Shown here one piece after another: positions 18,462 to 28,184 of a stretch of DNA of 64,000 bases. Below the pieces are notes generated by a model that was given only the letters and a program-made list of their open reading frames with translations, ran no database searches and was not told the origin of the DNA. Source of the DNA: a virus. Taxonomy: Duplodnaviria > Caudoviricetes. The translations under genes were made by a program, and so were the position numbers. The DNA lies in IMG/VR virus record IMGVR_UViG_3300020050_005398, positions 1-64,000 of that record. One strand, given 5' to 3'. Numbering within the stretch: position 1 is the first letter of the stretch; each line of letters begins with the position of its first letter.

Positions 18462-19235
18462 ATGACAACAATTACAGCACTACCCGATGCACCTTCCCGT
18501 GCTGATCCAGCTACATTTAGTGATAAGGCAGATGCTTTCGTTGCTGCACTACCTACGTTTGGTACACAGACTAATGCCGTAGCTTCAGAAGTAAACGGAT
18601 ACGCAACCAGCGCATCTAACAGCGCCGCAGTAGCTATTGCTAGTGCAAACTTCAAAGGAGCTTGGAGTTCTCTTACCGGAGCACTTGTTGTTCCTGCTTG
18701 TGTACTGCATTCTAGCAAACTTTGGTTGCTCGTAGCTAACGTAGCAGATGTTACAGCACATACTCCCGGTGTATCTGCATCGTGGGTTGATCTCAATAAT
18801 CTTACTTCCGCATCAAGGCTTTCTACTGCAAGAACTATCGCTGTTTCCGGTAAAGCTACTGGTACTGCTACTTCTTTTGATGGTAGTGCAAATATTAGCA
18901 TCCCAATTACAGCAACAGATTCTATCGGTGAAGGACAAACTTGGCAGAACATGCTAAGTAGTCGTGCATTGGATACAGCTTACACTAACAACACAGGTAG
19001 GTCAATCTGCTTGATGATTGGGTTTGAACAGGCAGCAGATACTTGGTCTCTCGGCTATGTGTATTGCGGTGGTGGACTTACAGACCCAATCTATCTCGGT
19101 GGTTTCGGTACTGCTGGTGCTGCAAGCAAGGGTGGCAATCACGTTGCTACTGTGATTGTCCCTCCCGGTGCTCAATACAAAGTAACTGTATCAGATGTTT
19201 CCACAACAGTATATCGTTGGTACGAACTGCGATAA
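18462..19235 (+). CDS. Tail fibre / receptor-binding protein
   Basis: ITALP.APSR.DP.TF...ADAF; ARTI.VSG..TG...FDGSANI; GQTWQN....R...T.YTN.TGR.I. Confidence 0.7.
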   Translation: MTTITALPDAPSRADPATFSDKADAFVAALPTFGTQTNAVASEVNGYATSASNSAAVAIASANFKGAWSSLTGALVVPACVLHSSKLWLLVANVADVTAHTPGVSASWVDLNNLTSASRLSTARTIAVSGKATGTATSFDGSANISIPITATDSIGEGQTWQNMLSSRALDTAYTNNTGRSICLMIGFEQAADTWSLGYVYCGGGLTDPIYLGGFGTAGAASKGGNHVATVIVPPGAQYKVTVSDVSTTVYRWYELR

Positions 19236-19250
19236 ACAAAGGAGTAAATT

Positions 19251-19691
19251 ATGGAAATTACACTAGCTTCTTATAAAGGAGAAGATAATGGTTTTGATAT
19301 ATTTCAACCGTTTGATTCTCTTATCCGATTAGTTACTAAAAAGAAACACTCACATAACGAATTGATTATCAATGGCGTATCTTATTCTAGTCTTGCATTG
19401 AAAGGTGCGGTACAACGAGTAAGGTACTACGATAACAGTCAATGGGATTTTGTGCAGATTGATCCCAGCAAGATTGATGTATTGCACATGGGTGAAGTCC
19501 TAGAAGAATCTAAATCAGCAGGTTATGATTGGCTTGGTATTGCAAGGTTTATATACAATAAAATCAAACAGAGCCTTACGAGGTACTTCTGCACAGAAAG
19601 ATGCGCAGATGCTCTCGGTATTCCTAACCCACACTTGTATTCTCCCGGTGAACTGCACGAATACTGCTATAAGAATCTGAGGTTGGTATGA
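19251..19691 (+). CDS. Permuted papain-like (YiiX/NlpC-P60-type) amidase or peptidase
   Basis: HSH.EL, YDWLG, YFCTE (permuted His...Cys). Confidence 0.6.
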   Translation: MEITLASYKGEDNGFDIFQPFDSLIRLVTKKKHSHNELIINGVSYSSLALKGAVQRVRYYDNSQWDFVQIDPSKIDVLHMGEVLEESKSAGYDWLGIARFIYNKIKQSLTRYFCTERCADALGIPNPHLYSPGELHEYCYKNLRLV

Positions 19692-20101
19692 ACAATAGCA
19701 ATGAACACCAAGACTATACAAGTGATACTACCATTCAGATTATCGCAGATAGAGTAGGACAGTTACATACTGACGTTAAAGACGTTCGTACAGGACTTAC
19801 AGAAACACTAGCAGAGTTCTCTAAGGTTGTACAGCAATTAGTACGCTTGGAAGAACGCTCAATTACTACTTCAGATTCGATGGAACGTGTACTCAAGGCT
19901 ACCGAGAAGGTTAACGAGCGTGTAGATAAAGTACAAGCTGAATGCGAAACCAAGTTAGTTGCTTTGGAGAAACGTGTAGTTGCTCTTGAGAAAGAACAGC
20001 TAGATGTTGCTAGGATGAAAGATTGGTTCTACAAAGGTGTACTCGGTGTACTTTGTATTGTAGGACTTGTTGTGCTTAAACAATCAGGAATTGGAGGTTG
20101 A
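19688..20101 (+). CDS. Coiled-coil protein with C-terminal TM helix (holin/antiholin-like)
   Basis: Hydrophobic C-terminus GVLGVLCIVGLVVL; in the lysis cluster. Confidence 0.5.
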   Translation: MNNSNEHQDYTSDTTIQIIADRVGQLHTDVKDVRTGLTETLAEFSKVVQQLVRLEERSITTSDSMERVLKATEKVNERVDKVQAECETKLVALEKRVVALEKEQLDVARMKDWFYKGVLGVLCIVGLVVLKQSGIGG

Positions 20102-20102
20102 T

Positions 20103-20597
20103 ATGCTGCCTATACTCGCAGGGATTATTAGTCAGTTAATTCAGAACAATTTACCTAAAGTTGCTCAGGTTGTAGCTGATAAAGGTATTGACTATGTTAG
20201 CGATAAATTAGGTGTTGAATTGAAACCCGGAATGACTTCTGAAGAAATTACTGCAATTAAAGCAGCAGCTATTCAGCATGAAGAATTCAGGATTACTGCT
20301 GACAATGCTAATACAGCTAATGCTAGGGATATGCAGAAATCAGCATTGCAACAAGAAGACGTATTCAGTAAAAGGTTTGTTTATTACCTAGCTTCGTTCT
20401 GGAGTGTCTTTGCTAGTACATATATTTTCTGTGTTACTTTTATGGTTATTCCTGATTCTAGTGTTCGTCTGGTGGATACAATTTTAGGATTTCTTTTGGG
20501 TACTCTGATTGGTAGTATTGTCAACTTCTTCTTCGGTTCAAGTAAGTCAAGTGCAGACAAGAACAGTCTCTTGATGGAACGACAAAATGCTAAGTAA
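20103..20597 (+). CDS. Holin-like membrane protein
   Basis: GGAGG RBS; two TM segments, GTLIG.IV.FFFGSS.SS..K; overlaps the endolysin start. Confidence 0.65.
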   Translation: MLPILAGIISQLIQNNLPKVAQVVADKGIDYVSDKLGVELKPGMTSEEITAIKAAAIQHEEFRITADNANTANARDMQKSALQQEDVFSKRFVYYLASFWSVFASTYIFCVTFMVIPDSSVRLVDTILGFLLGTLIGSIVNFFFGSSKSSADKNSLLMERQNAK

Positions 20598-21234
20598 CAA
20601 CGGAACAGATAGCTCATTAAAAATCAGTATTGAAACTACCGCAAAGTTATTTGCTACTGACATTAAGACTGCTACTACTTTCAATCCTTTCTTACGTGGT
20701 ACGCTGAAACTGTATCAGATTACAACCAGAGAACGCATTGCTTGTTTCTGTGCTCAATTAGCGCATGAATCTGGTGGGTTAACAACCCTTCAAGAAAACT
20801 TGAATTATTCTGAGCAAGGTTTGATTAAGACTTGGCCTAATAGATTCGATAGTACCAACGCAAGAATCTACGCTAAGAACCCGCAGAAGATTGCTAATAA
20901 AGTCTATGCTAATCGTATGGGCAACGGTGATGAATCTTCTGGTGACGGTTGGAAGTACAGAGGTAGAGGTTGTATTCAGATTACTGGAAAAGATAACTAC
21001 CGGATGTTGTCTAAGGATCTAGGGATAGATTTTATTGCAGAGCCTGACTTGTTACTACTTCCGGTTAATGCAATGCTTTCTGCTGGTTGGTTTTGGGATA
21101 AGAGTAAACTTAATGCTATTGCTGATAGATTAGATCATGTATTGCTTACCAAGAGAATCAACGGTGGTAGTCACGGGTTGGATCAACGGATAGAACGAAC
21201 CAAGAATAATCTGGTTGTTCTAAGCAACGTATAA
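20587..21234 (+). CDS. Glycoside hydrolase family 19 endolysin
   Basis: AQLAHESGGL..LQENLNYS, DGWKYRGRG.IQITGK.NY, TKRINGG..GL..R. Confidence 0.9.
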   Translation: MLSNNGTDSSLKISIETTAKLFATDIKTATTFNPFLRGTLKLYQITTRERIACFCAQLAHESGGLTTLQENLNYSEQGLIKTWPNRFDSTNARIYAKNPQKIANKVYANRMGNGDESSGDGWKYRGRGCIQITGKDNYRMLSKDLGIDFIAEPDLLLLPVNAMLSAGWFWDKSKLNAIADRLDHVLLTKRINGGSHGLDQRIERTKNNLVVLSNV

Positions 21235-21304
21235 CGCGATTTAAGGCGTTATTTCTATGCAGGCTACGTTGGTATTACCTGCGTGATTTAAATCGCTCCT
21301 AGCG
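21233..21304 (-). repeat. Dispersed element, copy 2
   Basis: Core GGTAATACCAACGTAGCCTGCATAGAAATAACGCC (rc of 21245-21279). Confidence 0.8.
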
Positions 21305-21378
21305 TGATACAGAAGGCTTTCCGAAGGTTTCCAACCTGTCTGGCTCCGTGAGGTATCTGTGAGGTTGTACAAACGAAT

Positions 21379-21410
21379 AAACCCCTAGCGTTAAAACTAG
21401 GGGTTTTCTT
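21379..21410. terminator. Bidirectional terminator between the convergent late and replication blocks
   Basis: AAACCCCTAG/CTAGGGGTTT 10-bp stem. Confidence 0.8.
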
Positions 21411-21425
21411 ATTTGTTAATCGCTA

Positions 21426-21878
21426 TCAGCATGATACGTAGTTAGTCTTAGCGTCATTATACCGTTTAATCTTCGCAAGCATTTCGTGATATTCTTCTTC
21501 GGTTGGAACTGGAATATACTTAGCTTTTTCCTTAGCTAGTTCTGATATGTAATGCTTCTTGATACTGTGATAATAAGTCTGATCATCCCAAAACTTGTTA
21601 TAAGTAAACCGCAGGATTGTATCACCGGAATCACCGTAGTCTACTTCTGTGCTAATATCAAGAAATACATCATCAGGAATATCCGCAAGAAACTCCTTCA
21701 GTTCACCTACTGTGTTATATTCTCGAAGATACATTGCTTCTGCATCCATACCGTTGCTGCATTTGTAAGTAGCTCTGTAACTCGGACGTTTCAGTTCGTA
21801 GTACATTGGTTTGATCTTACGAAGATACTTCAGCATCTTCACGAGTTCTGAGCGGTAGTTGATTTGTTGGTTAGCCAT
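21426..21878 (-). CDS. Hypothetical protein
   Basis: AAGGAG RBS, 150 aa. Confidence 0.6.
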   Translation of the reverse strand: MANQQINYRSELVKMLKYLRKIKPMYYELKRPSYRATYKCSNGMDAEAMYLREYNTVGELKEFLADIPDDVFLDISTEVDYGDSGDTILRFTYNKFWDDQTYYHSIKKHYISELAKEKAKYIPVPTEEEYHEMLAKIKRYNDAKTNYVSC

Positions 21879-21892
21879 AGTTTACTCCTTAG

Positions 21893-22138
21893 TTAATACC
21901 CAATCAATCCTTCAGCATAAGACTTTGCTCTGCTGTGCGTGTATCGTACTGCAAGTTTATGCTTTTCTTCTGGTTCAAACAATATAAAATCTTTTAGTTG
22001 GTTACTGATGTTTACTGCTACTTGCTCTATAACATCATGCCAAGGGTAGCTCTTTGGGTTGTACTCTGAGAATACCTTTTGTACTAATGCGTAGGAGAAG
22101 CTATTGAGTCTATGTTGGTCTTGTTCGGTCAGTTGCAT
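21893..22138 (-). CDS. Hypothetical protein
   Basis: AAGGA RBS, 81 aa. Confidence 0.55.
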   Translation of the reverse strand: MQLTEQDQHRLNSFSYALVQKVFSEYNPKSYPWHDVIEQVAVNISNQLKDFILFEPEEKHKLAVRYTHSRAKSYAEGLIGY

Positions 22139-22181
22139 TTGTTAATCCTTAGTTTATTGTAGATGAAGTCATGTAGATACA

Positions 22182-22212
22182 GAAAAACCTCCAGCGATAA
22201 AACTGGAGGTTT
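22182..22212 (-). terminator. Rho-independent terminator
   Basis: AAACCTCCAG/CTGGAGGTTT stem with minus-strand T-tract. Confidence 0.7.
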
Positions 22213-22225
22213 ACTTATTTGTGGG

Positions 22226-22414
22226 TTATGCCCAAATCTTTTCCCAAAACTTATCTACTGTAATCCAATCGAGCCAATCGTTGATTTGCTCTTGACTGTT
22301 CAGTACAACAGAATCAGGATAGATTTCACTATCAGGTACTTGCTTAGTGATTCGCTTCAAGTAGAAACGACCACTAAACTCGCGTTGATATTCGTAGTCA
22401 CCAATCGTTTTCAT
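22226..22414 (-). CDS. Hypothetical protein
   Basis: 62 aa directly after nrdJ. Confidence 0.5.
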   Translation of the reverse strand: MKTIGDYEYQREFSGRFYLKRITKQVPDSEIYPDSVVLNSQEQINDWLDWITVDKFWEKIWA

Positions 22415-22420
22415 CTTTAA

Positions 22421-23307
22421 TTACCGAATAGGGCATGCACCAGAAGCACATTCGTCAGAACCATCAAAATCAAGACTGCCGTTAATACTTGTAATTACCG
22501 AGGTATTTGCAACCAGAGCATCATACTGTTCTTTGGTAATTTCTTCCAAAGGAGCCTGCTTAAACCCATGTTCGTTATGCAGCAAGAAAGACAAACTCTT
22601 GTGACAATCTTTGTAGTTTTCAGCAAGGTACGCTTTGATTTCTGGAAGTTCCTCCTTACGATAATAAACAGTACAACTGACACTGTTATCAGACCAAGCA
22701 GTTTGCATGCGCTTCACAACCTTCAGTTGATCAATCGCAGTCATATTCTTAGCAAGTACAGTCCCTTCTGGATAACTGAATGGGAAAGAAACAACTACCG
22801 TACCACGATCTTCTGAACCATCAAAGTTACGTTGAAATTCAACTTCGTAACCATGAGACTTGCACACATTAACCAATGCGTGTTCAGCACTGATACGAAT
22901 ACGACGAATCATATACTGGCTGTAAGCAGGATGAATACCGGGAGTTACACCGGGAAGCAGACTGAGCGTACCAGAAGGCTTGTTGGTTGTCAGCTTGATA
23001 CTTACGGGCCAATTCATCTTAGCGGAATACTCAACATCATACGCACGCAGTTCCTTGTAAGCATTGTCCAACCAAGAGTTCTGTTCTTCTGTTGCTTGTA
23101 GTACACCTGTAACACCAACACCCATTCGCATATTAGCATTGACAATCTTTTCAGTTTCTTTGTTGTGACAAGGTAGTGCAAGACTGTGTTTGTTAATACG
23201 GTAAAGCAGTTTTGTAATATCTACGAATTCTTCATAAGACTCCACGTTAGGTAAAAAGATTTCTGCCAAACAGCAGGTTTCATAATCAGCAAGACTTTGC
23301 TCTGCAC
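22421..23307 (-). CDS. nrdJ: Class II (B12-dependent) ribonucleotide reductase, exon 2
   Basis: Resumes (T)GT GCA GAG = C-A-E-Q-S-L...ETCCLAE; TNKPSGT; C-terminal ECASGACPIR. Confidence 0.9.
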
Positions 23308-23484
23308 CTCACACCAACGAATTACATCTACATATCGTCTTGTGCGCTGGACTATCGCATACACCTGTACGGTGTTCTCTTCGCTTAGTCTCTCAGGCTG
23401 CACACCTTTTGGTTGCTTGCCCCCTGTCGCCCTATAGCAGGCTTCCAAGTCAATCAGAAGAGATTTTAAATCCGCATACATTTT
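23308..23484 (-). ncRNA. ORF-less group I intron, 177 nt
   Basis: 5' exon ends in U, intron ends in G; P1 AAUCCGU/GCGGAUU, P3 CUCUUC/GAAGAG, P7 GACUA/UAGUC, P8 ACACC/GGUGU; removal restores NPCAEQSL. Confidence 0.9.
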
Positions 23485-24535
23485 ACGGATTATAACCTTG
23501 AACATTTGGATCGGGATACTGAGTTTCACCCAATCGACCAACCTTACGACTCAAGTCAAGATTAATTAGGCCGAAAGGTTCTCCCTTACCGTTATAACCA
23601 TCCCAAAAGTATTCATGCAGTTCGCTAATATCATTGCACACAACGCTGTTATTTGACATTGCACGCCAAGATGGAATTGTACCCATGTCCCAACGCTTGG
23701 ACAGTAAGAACTCAACATCGTCACAATCACCTATAGCAATCTGAGCACTACGACGAACATTGCCTGCAACTACAATCGCTCCGATAATATTCATAATATC
23801 CAAGCAATCAATCGGGCGTACTTTCTTTCCTTTACGGTTTTCCAGCACCTTAGAAATTTTCTCAATACCCCAGCACAAATCTTCAGGGCCAGATGCGGTT
23901 CCACCAAAGCCTTTAATCGGAGCACCTTTACCGCGAATCAATTGTGTGCTGTAACTAAATGTCTGTTTACCAGTATCATGCGAAAGGAACGCTGCTTTGA
24001 GCGTCTTACCAAGTAGCGCAACCCAACCTTCACGAGTATCTGGAACAATATAGTCTGCGCTAGAATCATCCTTGCGTTTCGGGGCTTTGAAATTCTTGCG
24101 TACTTTTGGAAGTTTATCTACGTTGGCTTTCTGAATGTTATAACCAACACCAGAACCAAGCATTAGCATGTCCATTGCCCAAGTAAACGGACGAATAGGA
24201 GCGTCTACTGTCACAAAGGCACAATTCATCAATGAAGCCAATCCGAGTTTATTTACAGTATCTGTACCAAGCTGCCACAAGAAACGACCTGCAACAGAAC
24301 CTTTCAATTCCATCAGATACTTCTTAACCCGATGTTCTTCTTCTTTCGTGAATCCGCACTTCAGTTGTTTCTGAGTAGCTTTAACCACACGATTAACAGT
24401 ATCTTTCCATTCTTCAGTTTCACTGTAAACATCTTGTTCATCCAACCGACGAGCATATGTGCGTTTATATGTCAAGTAACCTACGCTTGACCACGGTGTA
24501 AAGAATTCTTGATTTGTGCTGTTTGTAATGCTCAT
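23485..24535 (-). CDS. nrdJ: Class II ribonucleotide reductase, exon 1 (spliced product about 645 aa)
   Basis: YKRTYAR, SVAGRFLW, LMNCAF, LMLGSGVG, VVAGNVRRSA; ends GYNP; no nrdB in the window. Confidence 0.9.
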
Positions 24536-24565
24536 AATTTCCTTTATTAATAATCTTAATTTAAC

Positions 24566-24910
24566 TTAAACCGACTCTACCATTCCACGCAACCGATAGC
24601 TATCCGTGAGAATCTTACTACCGATTGCTTTATCCTTGGCTTCAACAGTAGCATAACCACTATCTAACCATTCCTTATCAATGCGTTCATCACAAACGTA
24701 TCGATCACAAATAACAATTTCACCGAAGATATTCCGATGTTGAATATCGTGCTGAACCATTACATATTCATTAATATCACAACCTAGTTCATGCAATACC
24801 TGAAGAAACTCATCGTTATTATCTTCGATGTACTTGCTGGTAAACTTAGGTTGAATCTTCTGAACTTCACTGAGACTGATATATTTGAGCGCCATAATCT
24901 TTAGTGCCAT
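24566..24910 (-). CDS. Hypothetical protein between thyX and nrdJ
   Basis: AAGGAG RBS before ATG at 24910 (MALKIM). Confidence 0.6.
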   Translation of the reverse strand: MALKIMALKYISLSEVQKIQPKFTSKYIEDNNDEFLQVLHELGCDINEYVMVQHDIQHRNIFGEIVICDRYVCDERIDKEWLDSGYATVEAKDKAIGSKILTDSYRLRGMVESV

Positions 24911-25013
24911 ATTTCTCCTTGTATGTTTGAATACAGCCAGTAGTAGAACCACAGATTTTGAAGGACAGTAATTCTACTATGGCTGTACGAAAGTTTCTAG
25001 TTAAATGCTTAGA

Positions 25014-25919
25014 TTAACCAAGTTTAACATTGTTAGGAATCAACTGACGATGCTGAATCCAACCACCAGTGAAATTACCGCTAATCAAATCGGAAGTATC
25101 TATACCATTTACACTCAGGGCAGTCACTCCGTCTTCAATAGAAGTCAGTACGGAGTTACCAACCTTTGCTTGATGCTCAGTAGGACTTGCGTGAACACGT
25201 TCTGATTCAATTAGCTTATTATAAATATCTTCTGCTTTTTCAAACTCCTTATTCAGCCTACGATACGAAACTTGTGCTGCACAGGATGAACTAAGTTTGA
25301 GAGCATCTTCTGTTGTAATCTTATTTCCTTGCTCATCAAAGAATACTTGCTTACCGAGAACAACTTGATATTCAACGTAAGGCATGTGCCACTGTCCTAC
25401 GGATAGTTCAACAGGAACAGATTCGTTGTAGACATTATACGCTGTATCTGCTAGAAGTTTGAACGTAGGGTCGGCATCTTTATGACAGCGCAACCACCAC
25501 ATGTTCTCAAAGTCAGTACCTGTCAGTACAACCTTGATATGGCTATAAGGTTCAAGTACACGGTTCACTACTTGCTTATGCAATCCAAGACTAGACATTG
25601 CTTTAGCATACCTTACAGCTTCGTCTCTAGAAGCCAACCAGAGAGCTTTTGCTTGTTCTTGCTGGTAAGGTGCCAACTGCTCATCTGCTTGCATTCCTGC
25701 TTTGTTCTTACCCCATTCAGCAGGCATTGCTGGGTTAGTTTCTACAAGCTCAATCATGGTCTTGATTGGAATGGCTCGTGAACTTGCAGCATTACGGCTA
25801 AATGCTCTATGGGTAAGTAGTTCAGAATGGACTAGGCGAGGATACTCAAGTTCAAACGTAGTAATACGCTTACCATAGGGATTGATACTGTCTGCAATAA
25901 TCTTTGCTGTTGTTGTCAA
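25014..25919 (-). CDS. thyX: FAD-dependent thymidylate synthase
   Basis: ELLTHRAFSRNAASSRAIP; HASPTEHQA; TTG start after AAGGAG. Confidence 0.9.
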   Translation of the reverse strand: MTTTAKIIADSINPYGKRITTFELEYPRLVHSELLTHRAFSRNAASSRAIPIKTMIELVETNPAMPAEWGKNKAGMQADEQLAPYQQEQAKALWLASRDEAVRYAKAMSSLGLHKQVVNRVLEPYSHIKVVLTGTDFENMWWLRCHKDADPTFKLLADTAYNVYNESVPVELSVGQWHMPYVEYQVVLGKQVFFDEQGNKITTEDALKLSSSCAAQVSYRRLNKEFEKAEDIYNKLIESERVHASPTEHQAKVGNSVLTSIEDGVTALSVNGIDTSDLISGNFTGGWIQHRQLIPNNVKLG

Positions 25920-25934
25920 ATCTTACTCCTTTGT

Positions 25935-26216
25935 TTAAGTAATGCTTACTGTCAAAATCAACCTCGGTTCAACTCCAAATACATTCTTGAAGTTAACCTT
26001 CTTTTCTTCTAGGTCATCAAGTCCTGTCAGTTCGCTGTAGCTATAAACATCGCTAGAACATACTTTATAGCCTACAACCAGAATGTCATCGTAAGCATAA
26101 GAAATATCCATCCCAGTGTATTCACCCATTTCAACAACCACCTGCGCATGGTACTTACTCGTAAGAGAATCTACAGGAAGTCCAATGTAGACTTGTGCTG
26201 ACACTTGATAGCTCAT
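25935..26216 (-). CDS. Hypothetical protein
   Basis: AGGAG RBS, 93 aa. Confidence 0.55.
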   Translation of the reverse strand: MSYQVSAQVYIGLPVDSLTSKYHAQVVVEMGEYTGMDISYAYDDILVVGYKVCSSDVYSYSELTGLDDLEEKKVNFKNVFGVEPRLILTVSIT

Positions 26217-26234
26217 ATTACTCCTAATCTAAAA

Positions 26235-26861
26235 TCAATAACCACTACTAGCTTCTGTAACTTGCATCTCAAGTGAAACCGTAAGTTCACCATCCGTAAT
26301 ATACGCACGACCAATCAACCCACCAGAACTAACGTAACCTTCTTCTTGGTTGTCAACAGCAATTTTAACTGCTTGTTTCATATACTCCATAGCTTTTACA
26401 ACCAAGTCACCAACAGTAGGCACACCTTCAATTTCACACCAAGTCCAACCAAGCGCAGTATAAACACTAGCTGCTTTCTGCCAGTCAAAGTCTTTGATTA
26501 CTTGGTTGATCTTAGCGTTGATTTCTGATTCGGTGAAGGTAGCTTTTGACGGAGCTTCTGCCTGAACTTGACGGAGTTTAGCTGAGAAACTGGGTGGGGT
26601 TTCACCGTAAGTTGTTTCTGTTTTGAAACAAGATTGACACAGTGATTCTTTATCCGAATCTGCGTTCTTGAGTAGTTTTACAAGATTGCAATTGGAGCCG
26701 TAGTCAGATGCCTTACCGTCTGGTTCGTAAAATAGGCTGTAACCGTCTACAAAACTACCGTCTTCATAAACTTCGTAAATTTCAGATTCACGACAATCGT
26801 AGTCCAACCAAACTTGACCAACCTTAACTTCAATACCATTGATCATCGGTTTAACTTTCAT
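26235..26861 (-). CDS. Hypothetical protein with the shared VKPMINGIEVKVGQ.WLD N-terminal module
   Basis: AAGGAG RBS; N-terminus paralogous to 27059..27661. Confidence 0.6.
   Translation of the reverse strand: MKVKPMINGIEVKVGQVWLDYDCRESEIYEVYEDGSFVDGYSLFYEPDGKASDYGSNCNLVKLLKNADSDKESLCQSCFKTETTYGETPPSFSAKLRQVQAEAPSKATFTESEINAKINQVIKDFDWQKAASVYTALGWTWCEIEGVPTVGDLVVKAMEYMKQAVKIAVDNQEEGYVSSGGLIGRAYITDGELTVSLEMQVTEASSGY
26818..26856. repeat. 39-bp direct repeat shared with 27606-27644 (1 mismatch)
   Basis: CCAACCTTAACTTCAATACC(A/G)TTGATCATCGGTTTAACT. Confidence 0.85.
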
Positions 26862-27090
26862 TGCATTCTCCTTTATTAATTACAACATCACTGCACTTAA
26901 CCCACAAGCTCTTGAACGGATATTCTACTGCTTTAATATGCAAGAGAAGTTGAGGATTACTTTCTTTGGTAAAATCAACATCCGTTTCAACAACCGTATA
27001 AGTCTGCGCGAAGTATACTACATAATCACCTATGTTAACCTTCTGTTCTTCTGTTTGTTTATTCTTTCGTTTCACTACTGTTCCTTTCAT
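26851..27090 (-). CDS. Hypothetical small protein (IGDYVV, SH3/KOW-like)
   Basis: Overlaps both neighbours in operon fashion. Confidence 0.5.
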   Translation of the reverse strand: MKGTVVKRKNKQTEEQKVNIGDYVVYFAQTYTVVETDVDFTKESNPQLLLHIKAVEYPFKSLWVKCSDVVINKGECNES

Positions 27091-27661
27091 CTTCTTTTAG
27101 CATGACTTTTAGTCGTTCCAACGTATCAATTGCTTCTTGAATATCTTTCAAGTAATCTTTACCTCCACGACCACCAGCAAGCAAAACCTTCTTAGCTGCA
27201 TGCTGTTGGCAAGCATTGGTTACGTTATAGAGTTGCAGTACGCGGTAAATATCCAGAGTATCTAGGTGTGAAACATCCTTGAAATAATGCGAGTGCTTGC
27301 TAGGAGTAGAACCTTGGTTGTTAGTAGTACCTTGGTTGCTGGAAGCCTTGCAATCTTCGTAAACAGCGTTGAGGCTATCGTTGAGTTTAGTAAGCTCTTG
27401 GTTCAGTTGTTGGACTGTTTGTTGTGCTGTAGGAATAACTGGTTCCACGTCTTTGACTAGCTTCACAATATTGTACTCACTGTAACCTGAAAGATCGATA
27501 CCGGAACTACTATACTCAAATCCGTAACCATCTTTAAAAGATTTACCAGTATCACAGATTTCAGTAATCATGCTTGTAGTCCCCGAATGGTCTAGCCACA
27601 GTTGCCCAACCTTAACTTCAATACCGTTGATCATCGGTTTAACTATATCGCTACTGTTCAT
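27059..27661 (-). CDS. Modular protein: shared N-terminal module plus C-terminal DUF3310-like domain
   Basis: HSHYFKDVSHL..LD.YRVL.LY.VT....QHA.KK.L.AG.RG.KD...DI.EAI. Confidence 0.6.
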   Translation of the reverse strand: MNSSDIVKPMINGIEVKVGQLWLDHSGTTSMITEICDTGKSFKDGYGFEYSSSGIDLSGYSEYNIVKLVKDVEPVIPTAQQTVQQLNQELTKLNDSLNAVYEDCKASSNQGTTNNQGSTPSKHSHYFKDVSHLDTLDIYRVLQLYNVTNACQQHAAKKVLLAGGRGGKDYLKDIQEAIDTLERLKVMLKEDERNSSETKE

Positions 27662-28173
27662 TGAATAACCCTTTCAGAATAACCCGTACTACCTAGCCCT
27701 TTATCTGCGCGTTCAGTCTGGTGAATCTCAGTAACGAACTCAAATTTTATTTGCGGGGCATCTACCAGCATGCACTGCGCGATTCTATCTCCGTGCTTAA
27801 TAACAAAAGGTTCAGCTTCCTGATAACCGTTATCTACGTTACGGTCTTTCCGAAGTTTAATCATCAGTTCACCTGTGTAGTCACTGTCAATCACACCAAC
27901 ACAATTAGACAAGGAAACATCAGATTTAAATGCTTGCCCACTACGCGAATAAACCATTAGGGCTTTACCTTTGGGAATCTCAAAGAACAATCCTGTACCA
28001 AATACAGCAGTATCTTCTTCAGAAATAGCTACATCGAAAGAACGGAAGGATTTATAGCTGTAAGCATGTACATCAAAACATGCTGCTCCTTTTGTTGCAT
28101 ATACAGGAGACTTTACATCATCTGCGTATCGTTTGATTTTCAGTACGTTACGTATGTTATTCATTAGTATCAC
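27658..28173 (-). CDS. dut: dUTPase (trimeric type)
   Basis: GAACFD, SRSG, GVIDSDYTGE, GDRIAQ, R...GLGSTG. Confidence 0.92.
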   Translation of the reverse strand: MILMNNIRNVLKIKRYADDVKSPVYATKGAACFDVHAYSYKSFRSFDVAISEEDTAVFGTGLFFEIPKGKALMVYSRSGQAFKSDVSLSNCVGVIDSDYTGELMIKLRKDRNVDNGYQEAEPFVIKHGDRIAQCMLVDAPQIKFEFVTEIHQTERADKGLGSTGYSERVIQ

Positions 28174-28184
28174 CTTTCATAAGT

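Noticed and set aside
22421-24535. Naturally split or frameshifted two-gene RNR
   Set aside because: The gap has complete group I intron signatures, and exact removal restores the NPCAE active site.
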